From Octopus vulgaris (Eukaryota), in contig OX597829.1 in NCBI GenBank assembly GCA_951406725.2, forward strand, positions 37,448,001 to 37,512,000: a DNA stretch of 64,000 nucleotides, given 5' to 3'. The notes under the pieces are model-generated. The model saw nothing but the letters and a program-made list of their open reading frames with translations. It did no database searches and had not been told where the DNA came from. Shown one piece after another: positions 36,187 to 49,472 of this stretch (position 1 is its first letter; the number at the start of each line of letters is the position of its first letter). Made by a program: the position numbers and the translations under genes.

Positions 36187-36704
36187 ATCTGTGTGTAAGG
36201 GAGAGGACTGTCCTGCATTTGCCATGCGATGTGTATAGATGAGGATAGCTGTGTAAAGAAGTACTGAGCTCTAATTGAGGAGGGAATCTGTGGAAGGGGT
36301 AGACCCAGGAAGGCATGGGCACTAGTATAGCTAGAGAGTGTGCTACCTGGGGCAGCCCTTCTGTTTGTCACATCCACACCCACAAAAAAACACATATTGC
36401 CTACAGCTGACCCAAAAGTGCCACCCTTTTTTCAGACACTGGACCTGACTGAGGAAATGACAAGGGACTGAGAGTTGTAGTGATTTGCTGTGCTTGAGAA
36501 GACACATCAAGCTAAATAGAATTGTGATCATCTATACATACAGGCGTGCCCTTTACAGGTCCCAATGCCACGTAAAATGCACTCATGCTGGTGCTGCATA
36601 GATGCACTTGTGCTGGTGAGTGTAAAAAGCACCCAGTACACTTTGCAAAGTGGTTGGCATTAGGAAGGGCACCAAATCAGAGCAGTGACAATGAATTTCA
36701 TACC

Positions 36705-36936
36705 CATTTCTTTACTACCTACAAGGGGCTAAACACAGAGAGGACAAACAAGGACAGACAACCGGATTAAGTCGATTATATCGACCCCAGTGCGTAACTG
36801 GTCATTAATTTATCGATCCTGAAAGGATGAAAGGCAAAGTCGACCTCGGCGGAATTTGAACTCAGAACGTAGTGGCAGACGAAATACCGCTAAGCATTTC
36901 GCATGACGTGCTAACAAATCTGCCAGTCGCTGCCCT
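36705..36936 (-). mobile_element. GGCGGCGAGCTG-family SINE (tail B)
   Basis: TSD AATTTCATAC at 36694-36703 and 36937-36946. Confidence 0.85.
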
Positions 36937-37201
36937 AATTTCATACTGTAAACTCTCAGAGAGTATCATAAGGAGGTTCAATTTCTGAAGGGCCACTTAA
37001 ATGGGGCCCCACTTATCCCCACTATTTTTACTGCATTTACCGCACTCCTGTGCTTATTGATTAAACTATGATCAGCATCATTTCCTAGCACATTTGCAGA
37101 AATAGGTTTGGGCATTCTAAATACCTTCACGTACATTCAAATTAAGATGAAAGAGCCAGAGCAAACAGGTTTCTTGCTGAAGAGAGGAGCTGTAGGACTT
37201 C

Positions 37202-37522
37202 TCATCATCATCATCATCATCAACATCATCGTTTAACGTCCGTTTTCCATGCTGGCATGGGATGAACAGTTCGACCGGGGTCTGGGGAGCCAGGAGGCTG
37301 CGCCAGGCACCAGTCTGATCTGGCAATGTTTCTACAGCTGGATGCCCTTCCTAACACCAACCACTCTGTGAGTGTAGTGGGTGCTTTTTACGTGCCACCG
37401 TCACAAGTGCCAGGCGAGGCTGGTAGCGGCCACAATCGGTTGGTGCTTCTTACGTGCCACCGGTATGGAGGCCAGTCGAGGCGGTGCTGGCAACGGCCAC
37501 ATTCGGATGGTTCTTTTTACAT
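37202..37522 (-). mobile_element. (GAT)n-tailed RTE-like 3' UTR copy
   Basis: Family core. Confidence 0.8.
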
Positions 37523-37829
37523 GCTACTAAAAAATTTCCTCAAGGCAGTGCCCCAGCATGGCCTCATTCCAATGACTGAAACTAGTAAAATGATGTTTTG
37601 AAAGTTTAAAAAATCTAAGAATAACCAAAAAATATAACCGAAGGGATTATAAAAAATTTTCAAGTGTTTTGGCTGAGAGACCTCCTAGGCTTAACTTTAA
37701 GCACTGGTTGAAAATCATTAAAATAAATTCTGGTGTCCATATATATGACTAAAAATTCCCCAAGGTGGTGCCCCAGCATGACCACAATCTAATGATTGCA
37801 ACAAGTAGAAAGAAAAAAAAGAAAAATAT

Positions 37830-38282
37830 AACCATGGGGCTTTTGTCCACTTTCACACTTTAACTACAGGGCTTTTGTCCATGGGGGCTTTTGTCTGGAT
37901 CCCAAGTGGAGGACAAAAGCCCCCTAGGACAAAAGTCCCTCCCCTGGATAAAAGCCCCATGGTTCTCAAACATTTTTTTGAGGAAAAAAATTGCTCCTAA
38001 ATAAATGACCAATAATTTGGGAATAAATAAATTTGACACTGATTGCACTGTGATTTTGTAATCGTTATATTATAGTGTAAGGCTACATTTTATACTCTTT
38101 GTGTCCAGTAACGGGCAACACATTGCTATGCAGTGTTCTTTATCATTAGAGAGACAAAAAACTATGACAAAAACTTGTTGAGGCTGGAAATAGTAATTCT
38201 AGGAAATAGGTCAGCATGACATAGTTTTCTAAACTTTTTTTGTAGATAAGATACGTTTTTACATTCAGTTTGATTCTCTTCA

Positions 38283-38325
<43 letters not shown>

Positions 38326-39790
38326 GTGTATACATACATAATAGTATATACATACATAACAAACATACACATAAACACGTGTGTGTGTGTGTGTTTATGT
38401 GTATGTTTGTTATGTATGTATATACTTGATTGCTTCTGTTATGTAGGTTTTATGTTTCTACACATTTATTGAAGAGTGTTCTGTTATTCTTTTCTATTTA
38501 TTTATTTTCGATTGAATATATTTTGTTTACTTAAAAATTGGAAGTTTGGAAAATAAACATTTTTTTTACACCCGCGATTTCCCTTTTTGTTTACGTGAAA
38601 TTATATATTTTTTAACATTAAGATTTGGCTGTTATTTCTAGCATGTGGAGAGACCTTTTACTCTTAATTTCATATGCTAGTTGAAAAATCACCTAAAAAA
38701 GATTTTGTGGTCGATACATTCGACTAAAAATTACTCACAGTAGCGCCCCAGCATGGCAGCAGTCATTGCAACAAGTAAAAAGAAAAAAAAATGAAATATA
38801 TCACAGAAGTGGTTTTGATCAGGCTTAATAAAAATTCTGGGGTTGATATATTCAACTAAAAATTCTTCAAGGCGGTGCCCCGGCATGGCCCCAGCCTAAT
38901 TACTGAAACAAGTGGAAAATGAAAAAGAAACAAAAATTACCAAAAAATATAACCATGGGGCTTTTGTCCAATTTCCCACTTTAACTATGGGGCTCTTGTC
39001 TGAAGGCGCTTGTCCTGTGGGGGCAGGGAGGGGCTTTTGTCCGGAATCCAAGTAAAAAAAAGTTACAGGTAAAAAATGCACAGAAAAAAAGTCACAGGGG
39101 TTTTGTCGGGGAGGGTGGTGGTTCGAGGGTTTTTTGCCTTGGGGTGGGGTGGGGTGGAGGATCCGGATCCCATAAATCATGACTTTTTCCTGTGATTTTT
39201 TTTGTTCCCTACCCAAAATTGGGACTTTTTTTACTGTGACTTTATTACTGGTCCCCTTTGTCCACACAGAATGTAACATGATAATGATAAATAGTTCAGG
39301 ATGACTTATATGAAAAATTTCTCATACAAGACAAAAAGCCACAGGAAAAAAGAAAATCACAGAACATACATGCAATGCCTCTATACTAAGCAAGGTGTTT
39401 TCAAGCTGTACCTGTCACGTATTTGTCAATAAATAACTGATTAAAATTTCTTTTCGTTTTCATATTTCACTTAAAATTTGAATAAAAGGTTGTTTTTTTA
39501 CATATATATAACACCAACAAATATAAATTGTGTACAAGTTTGTACTGTCAAATAATAACTGGTTTTAAATATTTTTGTCTCTTTACTTTGTTTACAGAAT
39601 TTTAAAATAATATGACTGTTTTCCCTGTGGCCATTTGTTTTTTCAGGCAACTATATATCTATGTTGTGGCTGGTAATAAAGTCATGGAAAAAAATAAGAA
39701 TTTTTGCTAGGGAAAAAGTCACAATTGATTTATCGTGGCAAGTAATAAAGTGATAGGAAAAAAGTGACAGGAATAGTTTGGCTAGGAAAG
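37830..39790. mobile_element. Rearranged non-autonomous DNA-transposon ends with GGGGCTTTTGTCC and AAAAAGTCACAGG sub-repeats (possibly Mutator-like)
   Basis: Direct and inverted copies of both motifs, GGATCC-type termini, and a duplication of 37825-37905 at 38947-39054. Confidence 0.4.
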
Positions 39791-40462
39791 AAAGTCAGGT
39801 AACCAAACGAAAATATTCAAGTCAGTCACAATTTATTAAAGTACATAAACAATTAAAGTAATAAAACAGAAAATATTTTAAATCAGTTGTCGGGGGTGGT
39901 AGTAGTGTTGAAAAGTGGTGATGGTACTGGTGGAAACCTGATTGAGCCATGATTGAGCAGATCTCTAATAAAAGATATTCCAGTTATGGCCATTCTGTCT
40001 TCTTCCACCCATTGTGTATATGTAGAACTACATGATATTCCACAATATGAATTTCTGGTTAATTTAAGGTGGAAGGCCGTAATTTTAGGGAGGTTTTACT
40101 ACTACTTCTAGCAAATTGATTAACCTCATAGAAACTCCATTTTGTACTCAACTGGATGATATTTAGTGCTTGTGGGACATTGTTGTTGCTATTGTTATTG
40201 TTTAGCCCCAATTTAGCACTAAGATGGAATATGGTTAAAAAGCATTCTAACTTTAATCATCCTGACCTTTCCTGGGTATTGCAAACTGAGAACAAAGTTA
40301 TCCAACATGTACCTTCAAAATGTAGAGTGTTATATGAAAGCCATTTGGCAGTTATCTATAGCAGGTCTGGTAATCATATGGAGTGTTCCACAATATTGTT
40401 TTGCTCTAAGTCATACCTGATCCAGGAAACTTACAAATCAAAAGCATTTCAGCCATGACCTT

Positions 40463-40504
<42 letters not shown>

Positions 40505-40508
<4 letters not shown>

Positions 40509-41287
40509 GTGTGCAAGGAAGGCAAGTGCGCTGGTATGGTATTGTGTTGCGAACAGATGAGGACAGCTGTGTGAAAAAGTATCACACCCTAGCATTTGAG
40601 GGAACCCGTGGAAGAGGTAGACCCAGGAAGACCTAAAATGAGGTGGTGAAGCACAACCTTTGAACATTGGGCCTCACCAAGGAAATGACAAGTGACTGAG
40701 ACCTTTGGAGATATACTGTGCTTGAGAAGACCTGGCAAGCCAAGTGAGACCATAACCTTGTGGCCTATGCCAGTGCTGTATAACTAGCCCATTTAAGAGT
40801 ACCCTTCAATCATTGGACAATAAACTATGCTTGCAAAGCCCTGTTGAGGCAACTGAAATCACTGTTGTGGCCAATGACAGTACCGTCTGATTGGCACCCA
40901 TGCCAGTGGAATATTAAAAGCACCATTCAAGTGTGATTGTTGCCAGAGATGCTGACTGGCTTGCATGCCGGTGGCACGTAAAAAGAAGCACCATTTGAAT
41001 GTGGTCATTGCCAGTGCTGCCAGACTGGTTCTTGTGCAGGTGGCACGTAAAAAGCACCATTTGAGTGTGGTTGAATGCCAGTACTGCCTGACTGGCCCTT
41101 GAGCCAGTGGCACGTAAAAGCACCCACTACACTCTCACTTAGGAAGGGCATCCAGCTGTAGAAACTTTGCCAGATCAGATTGGAGACTGGTGCAGCCTTC
41201 TGGCTCGTCAGCCCTCAGTCAAATCATCCAACCCACACCAGCATGGAAAGCAGACATTAAATGATGATGATGATGATGATGATGATG

Positions 41288-41289
<2 letters not shown>
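40505..41289 (+). mobile_element. RTE-like LINE 3' end: ORF C-terminus, VNTR-bearing 3' UTR and (GAT)n tail
   Basis: RWYGIVLR..GTRGRGRPRKT*..DLWR..EKT runs directly into the abundant repeat core. Confidence 0.82.
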
Positions 41290-41331
<42 letters not shown>

Positions 41332-41389
41332 AAAATTGAATAAGGAGACAAACACTCGGGATGTTATTATACCATTTATATCTCGAAGT

Positions 41390-41474
41390 CTTCTACATAT
41401 GTTTCAACAGACACACTCCAAAAATGTCCAACAGGATAAATTATTGTCAGCAATGCCTCAATCTCATCAGGAAG
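41390..41474 (-). ncRNA. Minimal hammerhead motif with intact core
   Basis: CTTC-CTGATGA-GATTGAGGCA..TGTCTGTT-GAAA-CATATG-TA-GAAG: stem I CTTC/GAAG and palindromic stem III; stem II is degenerate. Confidence 0.6.
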
Positions 41475-42042
41475 GATATAAATAACGAACTCATCAAACA
41501 GACATGTTAACAGAAATAGGAAGTCCTATAAAATGTAATGTATTTATATTCATATGCATGCACACTTGCATACACACACTCAAATATGTGATGTGCAAAT
41601 ACAAACAATATAAATATATATTATATTCATACAAAGTGTTCATTTCCTTATTCAATATTTCCTTTTTTTTCTACTAAATATGACTTAATATCCTAGAATT
41701 AAATTCTGGAACACTTAAGCAACATTTAGCTACCTTGTAATTATTCCCCTGGATTTTTCCTATAAATTGTAAACTATATATATAAGATAGCAGAGTATAA
41801 TTTGAGAAAGATTTGGCTATTATTTCTAGCAGTTTGTTGTAATTTAGTGGTGGTGGTGGTGGGGGGGGTACTGGTGTTGGAGGAATTACTAAAAATTTTC
41901 TATATACTTTTTGTGAATAAAATTTCATTACATGCATGGTGATGGCATTCATTGTAATGGTTGAGTGGTGGTGCTGGTGTTGGTGATGGTGGTGTTGGTG
42001 TTGGTGGTGTTGGTGTTGGTGGTTGTATTGTTGTTGTTGTTG

Positions 42043-42406
42043 AGCGAACGGTCTTCGTCCCAGAGCTCGCAAGATGGGAGAAGTCCGAAATATGGCCCTT
42101 TGCTATTCGTAAGACCCGCTGAAGAGAAAGCAGGTAAACCCCTGACACCGAGAGCATCGACGGATGGATGAATGCACATCCAGGCTCAGCGGTTGCATAG
42201 GAAGTCGGGGACAAGAAACAGGAAGAAAGAGTGAGAGAAAGTTGGAGCAAAAGAGTACAACAGGGGTCGCCCCCCACCTACCGGAGCCTCGTAGAGCTTT
42301 AGGTGTTTTCGCTCAATAAATACACACAACGCCCGGTTTGGGAATCAAAACCGTGATCCTCCAACCTCAAGTCCGGTGCCCTAACCATTGGGCTATTGTG
42401 CCTCCG
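42043..42406 (-). mobile_element. tRNA-derived SINE (GGAGGC head) inside a (GGTGTT)n microsatellite
   Basis: Homologous to 12328-12707; flanked by TGG/TGT tracts at 41960-42042 and 42408-42505. Confidence 0.85.
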
Positions 42407-42571
42407 CTGGTGTTGGTGGTGTTGGTGTTGGTTGTGTTGGTGTTGGTGGTGTTGGTGGTGGTGGTGTTGGTGGTTTTGATGTTGTTGTTGGTGGTGGTGA
42501 TGGTGGAATTACACCTACTCAAAAACTCAACTTGTTGTTACTGAATGCTTACAGAAAACATGGTGCATTAC

Positions 42572-42676
42572 CTTCAAAAATTTATCAAACTTCTCGAGTG
42601 ATTCTTTCAGCTGAAGTTCTTTTCTTTCCAGCTCCCCACGTCTCTGTTGAAGACGTTCCATTTTGGTCTGAAACTC
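42572..42676 (-). CDS. CFAP73: CFAP73/CCDC42-family exon 3
   Basis: ctttcag|...|gtaatg, phase 0/0. Encodes EFQTKMERLQQRRGELERKELQLKESLEKFDKFLK (DUF4200-type coiled coil). Confidence 0.95.
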
Positions 42677-42845
42677 CTGAAAGTTATAAATTACATTAAC
42701 TGTTATTATATCTTAAACTGTCTGTGTGATTAACAAGAAATTTGATTTGTAGACTATCTGATTTCAGTATTGACATAGCAATGAGGTGCAAACTGCAGTT
42801 AATGACATAGTAAGGAGGTTGGGATGAAACCAGAAGATTTTATAT

Positions 42846-43141
42846 GTTTGTTCCTTCTCGAGCCATGCTTGGCTCATAGGGCTGGGGCTTCCCAGTTTCC
42901 TTGGCATATAGGTTCTCCACCTGGATGGGACACCAGTCCATCACAGGTGCTATATGCAGGTGGAAAGAGTGAGAGAAAGTTGTGGCAAAAGAGTCAGCAG
43001 AAGTTTGCCATTACCTTCAGCTGGAGCTGCATGGAGCTTAGGTGTTTTGCTCATAAACACAAACATCACTCAGTCTTAGATTCGAACCCATGATCCCTCG
43101 ACTGCGAGTCAGCTGCTCTAACCACTAGGCCATGTGCCTCT
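42846..43141 (-). mobile_element. tRNA-derived SINE (GAGGCACATGGCC head, third body type)
   Basis: tRNA-like head; TSD AGAAGATTTTATAT on both sides. Confidence 0.8.
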
Positions 43142-44530
43142 ACTAGAAGATTTTATATAGATATTTACATGTAGAACTGTAAACCTAATCTGCTAGGAAG
43201 CAGGACTGGAATGAGGTTTTATATAGAAATCAACATATAAAACTGTAAACCTGATCCACTATGTATATGATGTAACAATAAAGTTTAGCCCTTTTTGTTC
43301 CCATATTATTCAGGTTCATTTATCTGGATTTGAAACTACTAGTAATTGCTTGTCTTCTTTGACAGCAACATATTTATGTAGATTCACCTCTATACTACCA
43401 GTATGTAAGTGTGTTCTGTATCTTAGATTCATTATATTATCGTTCAGGAGGACATAGGATGAAGTGCTGAAGGCTGATCGCAAAATTCTGAGCCTTGCAA
43501 AGGAGATGACAGAGGACCAAGACAAACACACTATTGAAATCTTAAAGCTACAAGATAATGTTTGATTAATTCAAAGCAATGTGAACAAATAAACATTACA
43601 TTTGACAAAGAAATCTGAATACGAAAGAGTTAAGGTATATTTTTGTTGTTTCAGAATGTCTCTTAGTTAATCTGGGCATATTTGTTGTAGTTCTGGATTG
43701 ATCACTATTGTGCATATTCATCTTGTGATGTAGTATGGAATATTTCATTTGATGAGTAACAGGTGACTTGAGTAGAAATTTAAATATTGGTGTGTCTCTA
43801 TCTTTTTGTAGAATATGTCCATTGTAATTTAGGTATCATATAATTCTAGGAAGGTATCTAAGATTCGTAGTTCTTTTCCACCAGTTTCTAATGTAAGTCT
43901 AAAGGATGGGATTATGTTACTTAATATGTGATGGAATGTAGGAAAATCACCTTTTGACTTATTCCAAAAAATCACCAAACAATTGTTTCCACTTCTCAAC
44001 CAAATATTTAAAATCATGGTCGAATTTTGGTTTTGTTTCTTGGTATAGTTCTCTTCTGGGTATCCCATTACTAGGCCTGCATAAGGAGGTACTGCTCTTA
44101 TCTCCATGTCTGTTCCTTTAATTTGTTTTTATTTTTTGCCACCAAAGTTAAAGGCGTTTTCCTCTAATGCTAATTGTAGAGCTTTGATGATGAAGATTTT
44201 TGAAGCATTCATTAATTGTATTTCTACACTTTTTGTTATGTTTTAATACGGAATTATTAACTTGGATTACATTACTCGAATGCAAACAAATAATGGAGTT
44301 AACACATGAGCAAATACAATGCAATATATACTAAAAAATGCACACTGATTAAAAAAAAGCAGAACCTAAAGATCCTTGTGCAAAAAGTATCATGCCACTT
44401 ATGAAACAAACCAGTATACAAATTAGAAGGCAGTCAAAAGTTCACTTTAAAAGGACATGAGGTGAATGCACAAAATAAAACAGAATCATTAAACTTAGTT
44501 CGATACTTAGTCAGAACATAGAGTTTAATT

Positions 44531-45008
44531 CATCATTATCATCATCATCATCATCGTTTAACGTCCGCTTTCCATGCTAGCATGGATTGGACGATTTTGA
44601 CTGAGGGCTGGCGAACCAGATGGCTGCACCAGGCTCCAATCTTGATCTGGCAGAGTTTCTACAGCTGGATGCCCTTCATAACGCCAACCACTCTGAGAGT
44701 GTAGTGGGTGCTTTTTACATGCCACCAGCACAGGGGCCAGTAAGGTGATGCTGGTAATGATCATGCTCGAATGGTGCCTTTTACGTGCCACCGACATGGA
44801 AACCAGTTAGCTGCTCTGGTAACGATCATGCTCAGGTGGTGCTCTTGGCACCCAACTAGCACGGGCACAAGTGCCAGTAAGGCAATGCTGGTAACAATCA
44901 TACTCGAATGGTGCCTATTATGTGCCACTGGCACGGAAGCTGGTTATCCGCTCTGTCAATGATCACACTAGTATGGTGCTCTTTGCACCCCGCTAGTATG
45001 GATGCCAA
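44531..45008 (-). mobile_element. (GAT)n-tailed RTE-like 3' UTR copy
   Basis: Family core and VNTR. Confidence 0.8.
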
Positions 45009-45103
45009 GAGCAATATAACATCTTTCTACCAAGTATTCCACTGCAATTATGCCTAACATGTGGTACTTTGGCATAGAGATGAATGGTATTGAATCTTGT
45101 TCA

Positions 45104-45326
45104 AAGGCGGAGAGCTGGCAGAATCGTTAGCACACTGGACGAAATGCCTAGCGGTATTTCGTCTGGCGCTACGTTCTGAGTTCAAATTTCGCCGAGATCG
45201 ACTTTGCCTTTCATCCTTTCGGGGTCGATAAATTAAGTACCAGTTACGCACTGGGGTCGATATAATCGACTTAATCTGTTTGTCTGTCCTCTCTGTGTTT
45301 AGCCCCTTGTGGGTAGTAAAGAAATA
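45104..45326 (+). mobile_element. GGCGGCGAGCTG-family SINE (tail B)
   Basis: 16-bp TSD GGTATTGAATCTTGTT at 45086-45101 and 45327-45342. Confidence 0.9.
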
Positions 45327-47663
45327 GGTATTGAATCTTGTTAAAATGGTGCACTTTGATTAAAGTGTATGTTGTTTGGGATCTTTGACCATAGTGGTTT
45401 AAGTAGTGAATTTATCAAGTGACTTACTTTGTAGTGTTGGTTATTGCGGTCTTACTTTGAGATCAGCTGATCCGTTTTTTCAATGCATTGGTTCTTTTGT
45501 TTGTTTAAAGCCTCCTGTTGTTTCAATTTGTAAATATTGTTTTCTTTACTTTTGAAATTATAAAGAAAGTCAATCTCTTTTCCCATTAAGCAGCTTGAGA
45601 ATATGTTGGTTAATGAGTTGACTTTGTTTGTAGTTGTTTTATCTAAGTTTCTTGTCTCTTCCTTGTAGTAGTTAATATCCATTTATTGATAATTACATTG
45701 CCCTTATCAGCTTCTTTTGCAACAAATGAATATCATTTTCCAATGTTAATAGAGTTTCTTTGTCTCCTTTCCAAAGTTTCTGTTTACAATTTATCATCAT
45801 CAACGTTTAACGTCCGTTTTCCATGCTGGCATGGGTTGGACAGTTCGACCAGGGTCTGGGAAGCTAGAAGGCTACACCAGGCTCCAGTCTGATCTGGCAG
45901 AGTTTCTACAGCTGGATGCCCTTCCTAACGCCAACCACTCCGTGAGTGTAGTGGGTGCTTTTTACGTGCTAGGTGAGGCTAGCAATGACCACGATCGGTT
46001 GGTGTTTTTTACGTGCCACCGGCACAGAAGCCAGTCAAGGCGGTGCTGGCATCGGCCACGTTTGGACGGTGCTTTTTATGTGCCACATACACGACAGGCT
46101 TCTTTCAGTTTCCATCTACCAAATCCAGATACAAATAGAGAATTTCGATATCGTAATATAAGTAACCAAATGTTCAAAGGAATTATTGTTTTTGTTGTTG
46201 TTGGTGAAAACTTCTCTTAGCTAAAGTTTCCAATGTCTGCTTTATGGTGTAGGAGTGAATGGAAGTCCCTTTTAATTTTTGACAAATTCCTTTTAAAGAA
46301 ATTTTTATATTCTGGGGTCAATATTTTCCATGAGTTAAGGGAGCAAACTTGGAAGAATTGTTAGCACACTGGGTAAAATGCTAAGCGGTAGTTTGTCTAT
46401 CTTCAGATCCTGAGTTCAAATTCTACTGAGGTTGACTTTGTCTTTCATCCTTTCAGGGTCAATAAAACAAGTACCAGTTGAGTAATGGGGTCGATGTAAT
46501 CAACTTACCCCATCTCATGAAATTTTTGGCCTTGTGCCAAAATTTGAAATCAATATTTTCCATGGGTTTGTTTGAATCATTGGGTCTGATATCTAATTGA
46601 AGTAAGCCTTCCCTAAAAAAAAGAGTTCACAGAATTATATTCTTTTGTTCTGAAGCTGGTACTTCTGTTTCCTGTTTGCAGCTTTCTTCCAAGTTCTCTA
46701 TTAGTACTTATTTCCTAATTTGCCCACATCTCGATCACGTCTACACATACATTATTCCATTCATGATTCTTCTTAATTTTGGTTTTAGCTTTTTGTCTAT
46801 ATTTTGTGTATTCATTTGAATGTATAAGATATAAGTTTCCAGTCTGAGTTTGAGGTGTTCTCCACATATATTCTTGGGTGTTTGAGAGATTAGTTTCATT
46901 GTCTAGTTCTTATGTAATATATTTATATGTTATTTTAAAATTTCATCCTCAGTTTTCATATTCTCTCTATATTTTAATTGTGCTTTGGTTTTCATTATGG
47001 AACATTCTTCAAATCATCCACTCACTACTAAACCCATGCAAAAACCTCAACTAGCCGAAGACTATTTGATAGGGTGCTGAAAAGTTCCTGACTTTGGGTA
47101 AAAGAAAATACAGGAGGATCAGTTAATTATGATTTTATTGAACGTATTCCCCTCACAAATTCACACACTTATTGCAGTGGTTCTTCAGTTTTTCTAAACT
47201 CTGTAAAGAACTTGGAAGGTTGGACCTCCAACCAGGCCTTTCACAATAACCTTAAAGCCAGGAATTTACATATAAATATAGTTCTGGGTTCTGGGTTCAG
47301 TCCCACTGCTTGGTACTTTGACAATTGTCTGCTACTCTGGCACTGGGCCCATCAAACTTTGTGAGTAGATTTGGTCGACAGAAACTGAGAGAAGACATCT
47401 GTATATATGTAGTGTCTATGTGTGTATGCCTTTGTGTGTATGTTTGTCCCACACCACTGCCTAATGACCTGTGTTGATTTCTTCAACTAAAACCTTTCAA
47501 GGCAGTTACTTAGCATGGCTGCAGTTCAATGATTGAGACAAATAAAAGATAAAAGATACATATTAACATGTGGATATATTAAGAGATGCTCCATGCATTT
47601 ACTTCATGAAGTGACTTTGAAAATATACTAAGTTCAATATATATATACATATATACACATTAC

Positions 47664-47769
47664 CTCTTTTTGAACAGAAAGAACTTGTTCAATTTCTGCA
47701 AGTTCTCTTCGTTTCTCCAGGAGACGTGTAGCTGGAGTGAGATGGTCATCGTCACCCTTCAGCATTTTA
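47664..47769 (-). CDS. CFAP73: CFAP73/CCDC42-family exon 2
   Basis: cttttcatag|...|gtaatg, phase 2/0. Encodes KMLKGDDDHLTPATRLLEKRRELAEIEQVLSVQKE, the family signature DHLTPATRLLEKRRE. Confidence 0.95.
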
Positions 47770-47920
47770 CTATGAAAAGGACAAAACAAAAAACACAAAT
47801 ATAAACAACAGTTTATCAGTAAGAAATTTTTTTTAATTGAATTTTCTTTTTTTAATATATATATATATAAAACCTATTCAACAGTTTTTTTTTTCCTTTC
47901 TCATTACATTCTACCATTAA

Positions 47921-48140
47921 CCCTTTCATTACCAACCCGGCTGAAACCGGCTCTGGATCTGAGTACAAATGTTTTTTTTACATAAGTTTTGAATTAAAAT
48001 CTTCCACCAAGCCTTAGTTACAATTTATGTTCTTAACACTAGCTTAATGATGACTAAGTTATTTTACTAAATTCTTTGTTATATCTAAAATAATTGAAAG
48101 AAACACAGAACGTCTCAAAATAAATACAGTAACGAAACGG
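47921..48140. mobile_element. piggyBac-type MITE (family B)
   Basis: TTAA|CCCTTTCATTAC...GTAACGAAACGG|TTAA. Confidence 0.8.
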
Positions 48141-48999
48141 TTAATTTTATAAAATGAATAATACTTTCAGATTTATTTTTTAAACTATTAAAGTAAATAT
48201 CATTACCTTATCACTTAACATCCTATTTTCCATGTTGACATGGGTTGGACAGATCGAGAAGAACTGGCAAGCTAGGGGATTGTGCTAACTTCCAATGTCT
48301 GCTTTGGTATAGCTTTTTTTTGGTTGGATATCGTTCCTAATGCTAACCGCTTCACAGAGTGTACTGCATGCCTTTTGCATGGTACCAGTACCAAATAGTT
48401 TGCAAAACAAGTTCTCTCAGCCAAGAAGGAGTAGCATTGAAGGAACTGGCTTCATAGCAAGTGATGGGGTGGGGGTTAATGTATGATAGAGAGATAGGTA
48501 CAGGTGTCTTGGATCGTCATCATCATCATTTAATGTCCTTTGTCCATGCTGGCATGGGTTGGACAGTTTGACTGGGCTGGCACGCTGGAAGGCTGTGCTG
48601 CGATTATAATAACACAATCATAATTACATTGTACTAATGTTGTATTACATTTTACTTATTTAGTACTTATGAACATCAGATTAAGTTGATGCTAAGTTGA
48701 TAATTGCATCCTCTTTCTCCAATCTGCTTTGTATTGTTACCACTGCCATTGTTGTTAGTGACTACTTAACCACCACCACTAACACCCCATCACCACCACC
48801 ACCGCTGCTGCTGCTGTTGCTACCACCATCACCACCACCTTGCTTGCCACCTGTTGCTCTGGATCAGCTCCAACAATGTAGCTATTTGGCAATGGTTACA
48901 AATAGATGGGGCTGTAGGTAACTGCTAACTATATTAGTAACAAAGGATTCTCATTTCCATATGAAAGGCAACTTGATTCTCCCATCCTCATCCTAATCG

Positions 49000-49472
49000 T
49001 CATCATCATCATCATCATCATCGTTTAATGTCCGCTTTCCATGCTAGCATGGGTTGGACGATTTGACTGAGGGCTGGCGAACCAGATGGCTGCAACAGGC
49101 TCCAATCTTGATCTGGCAGAGTTTCTACAGCTGGATGCCCTTCCTAACGCCAAACACCCCGAGAGTGTAGTAGGAGCTTTTATGTGCCACCAGCATGAGG
49201 GCCAGTTAGGCAGTACTGGCAACAGCCATGCTCAAATGGTGTTTTTCAAGTGCTACCTGCACAGGAGCCAGTCCAGCAGCACTGGCAACAACCTCACTCG
49301 AATGTTTTTTTCACGTGCCACTAGCACAAGTGCCAGTAAGGTGACGTTGGTAATGATCACGCTCAAATGGTACCTTTTACGTGCCACCAGTACAGAAGCC
49401 GGTTAGCAGCTTTGGCAACAATCACGCTCTGATGGTGCTCTTTGCGCTCCACTAGCACAGATGCCAGTCATC
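49000..49472 (-). mobile_element. (GAT)n-tailed RTE-like 3' UTR copy
   Basis: Family core and VNTR. Confidence 0.8.

Larger units (their letters stand above)
43300..47000 (-). mobile_element. Penelope-like retroelement remnant, fragmented by later insertions
   Basis: 43640-44200 reads ALQLALEENAFNFGGKK..KGTDMEIRAVPPYAGLVMGYPEE..WLRSGNNCLVIFW..SFRLTLE..LRILD, the PLE RT pattern GT.MG..AP.YA.L.MG..EE / WxRYIDD. Flanking A-rich coding-like pieces are assigned less securely. Confidence 0.6.
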
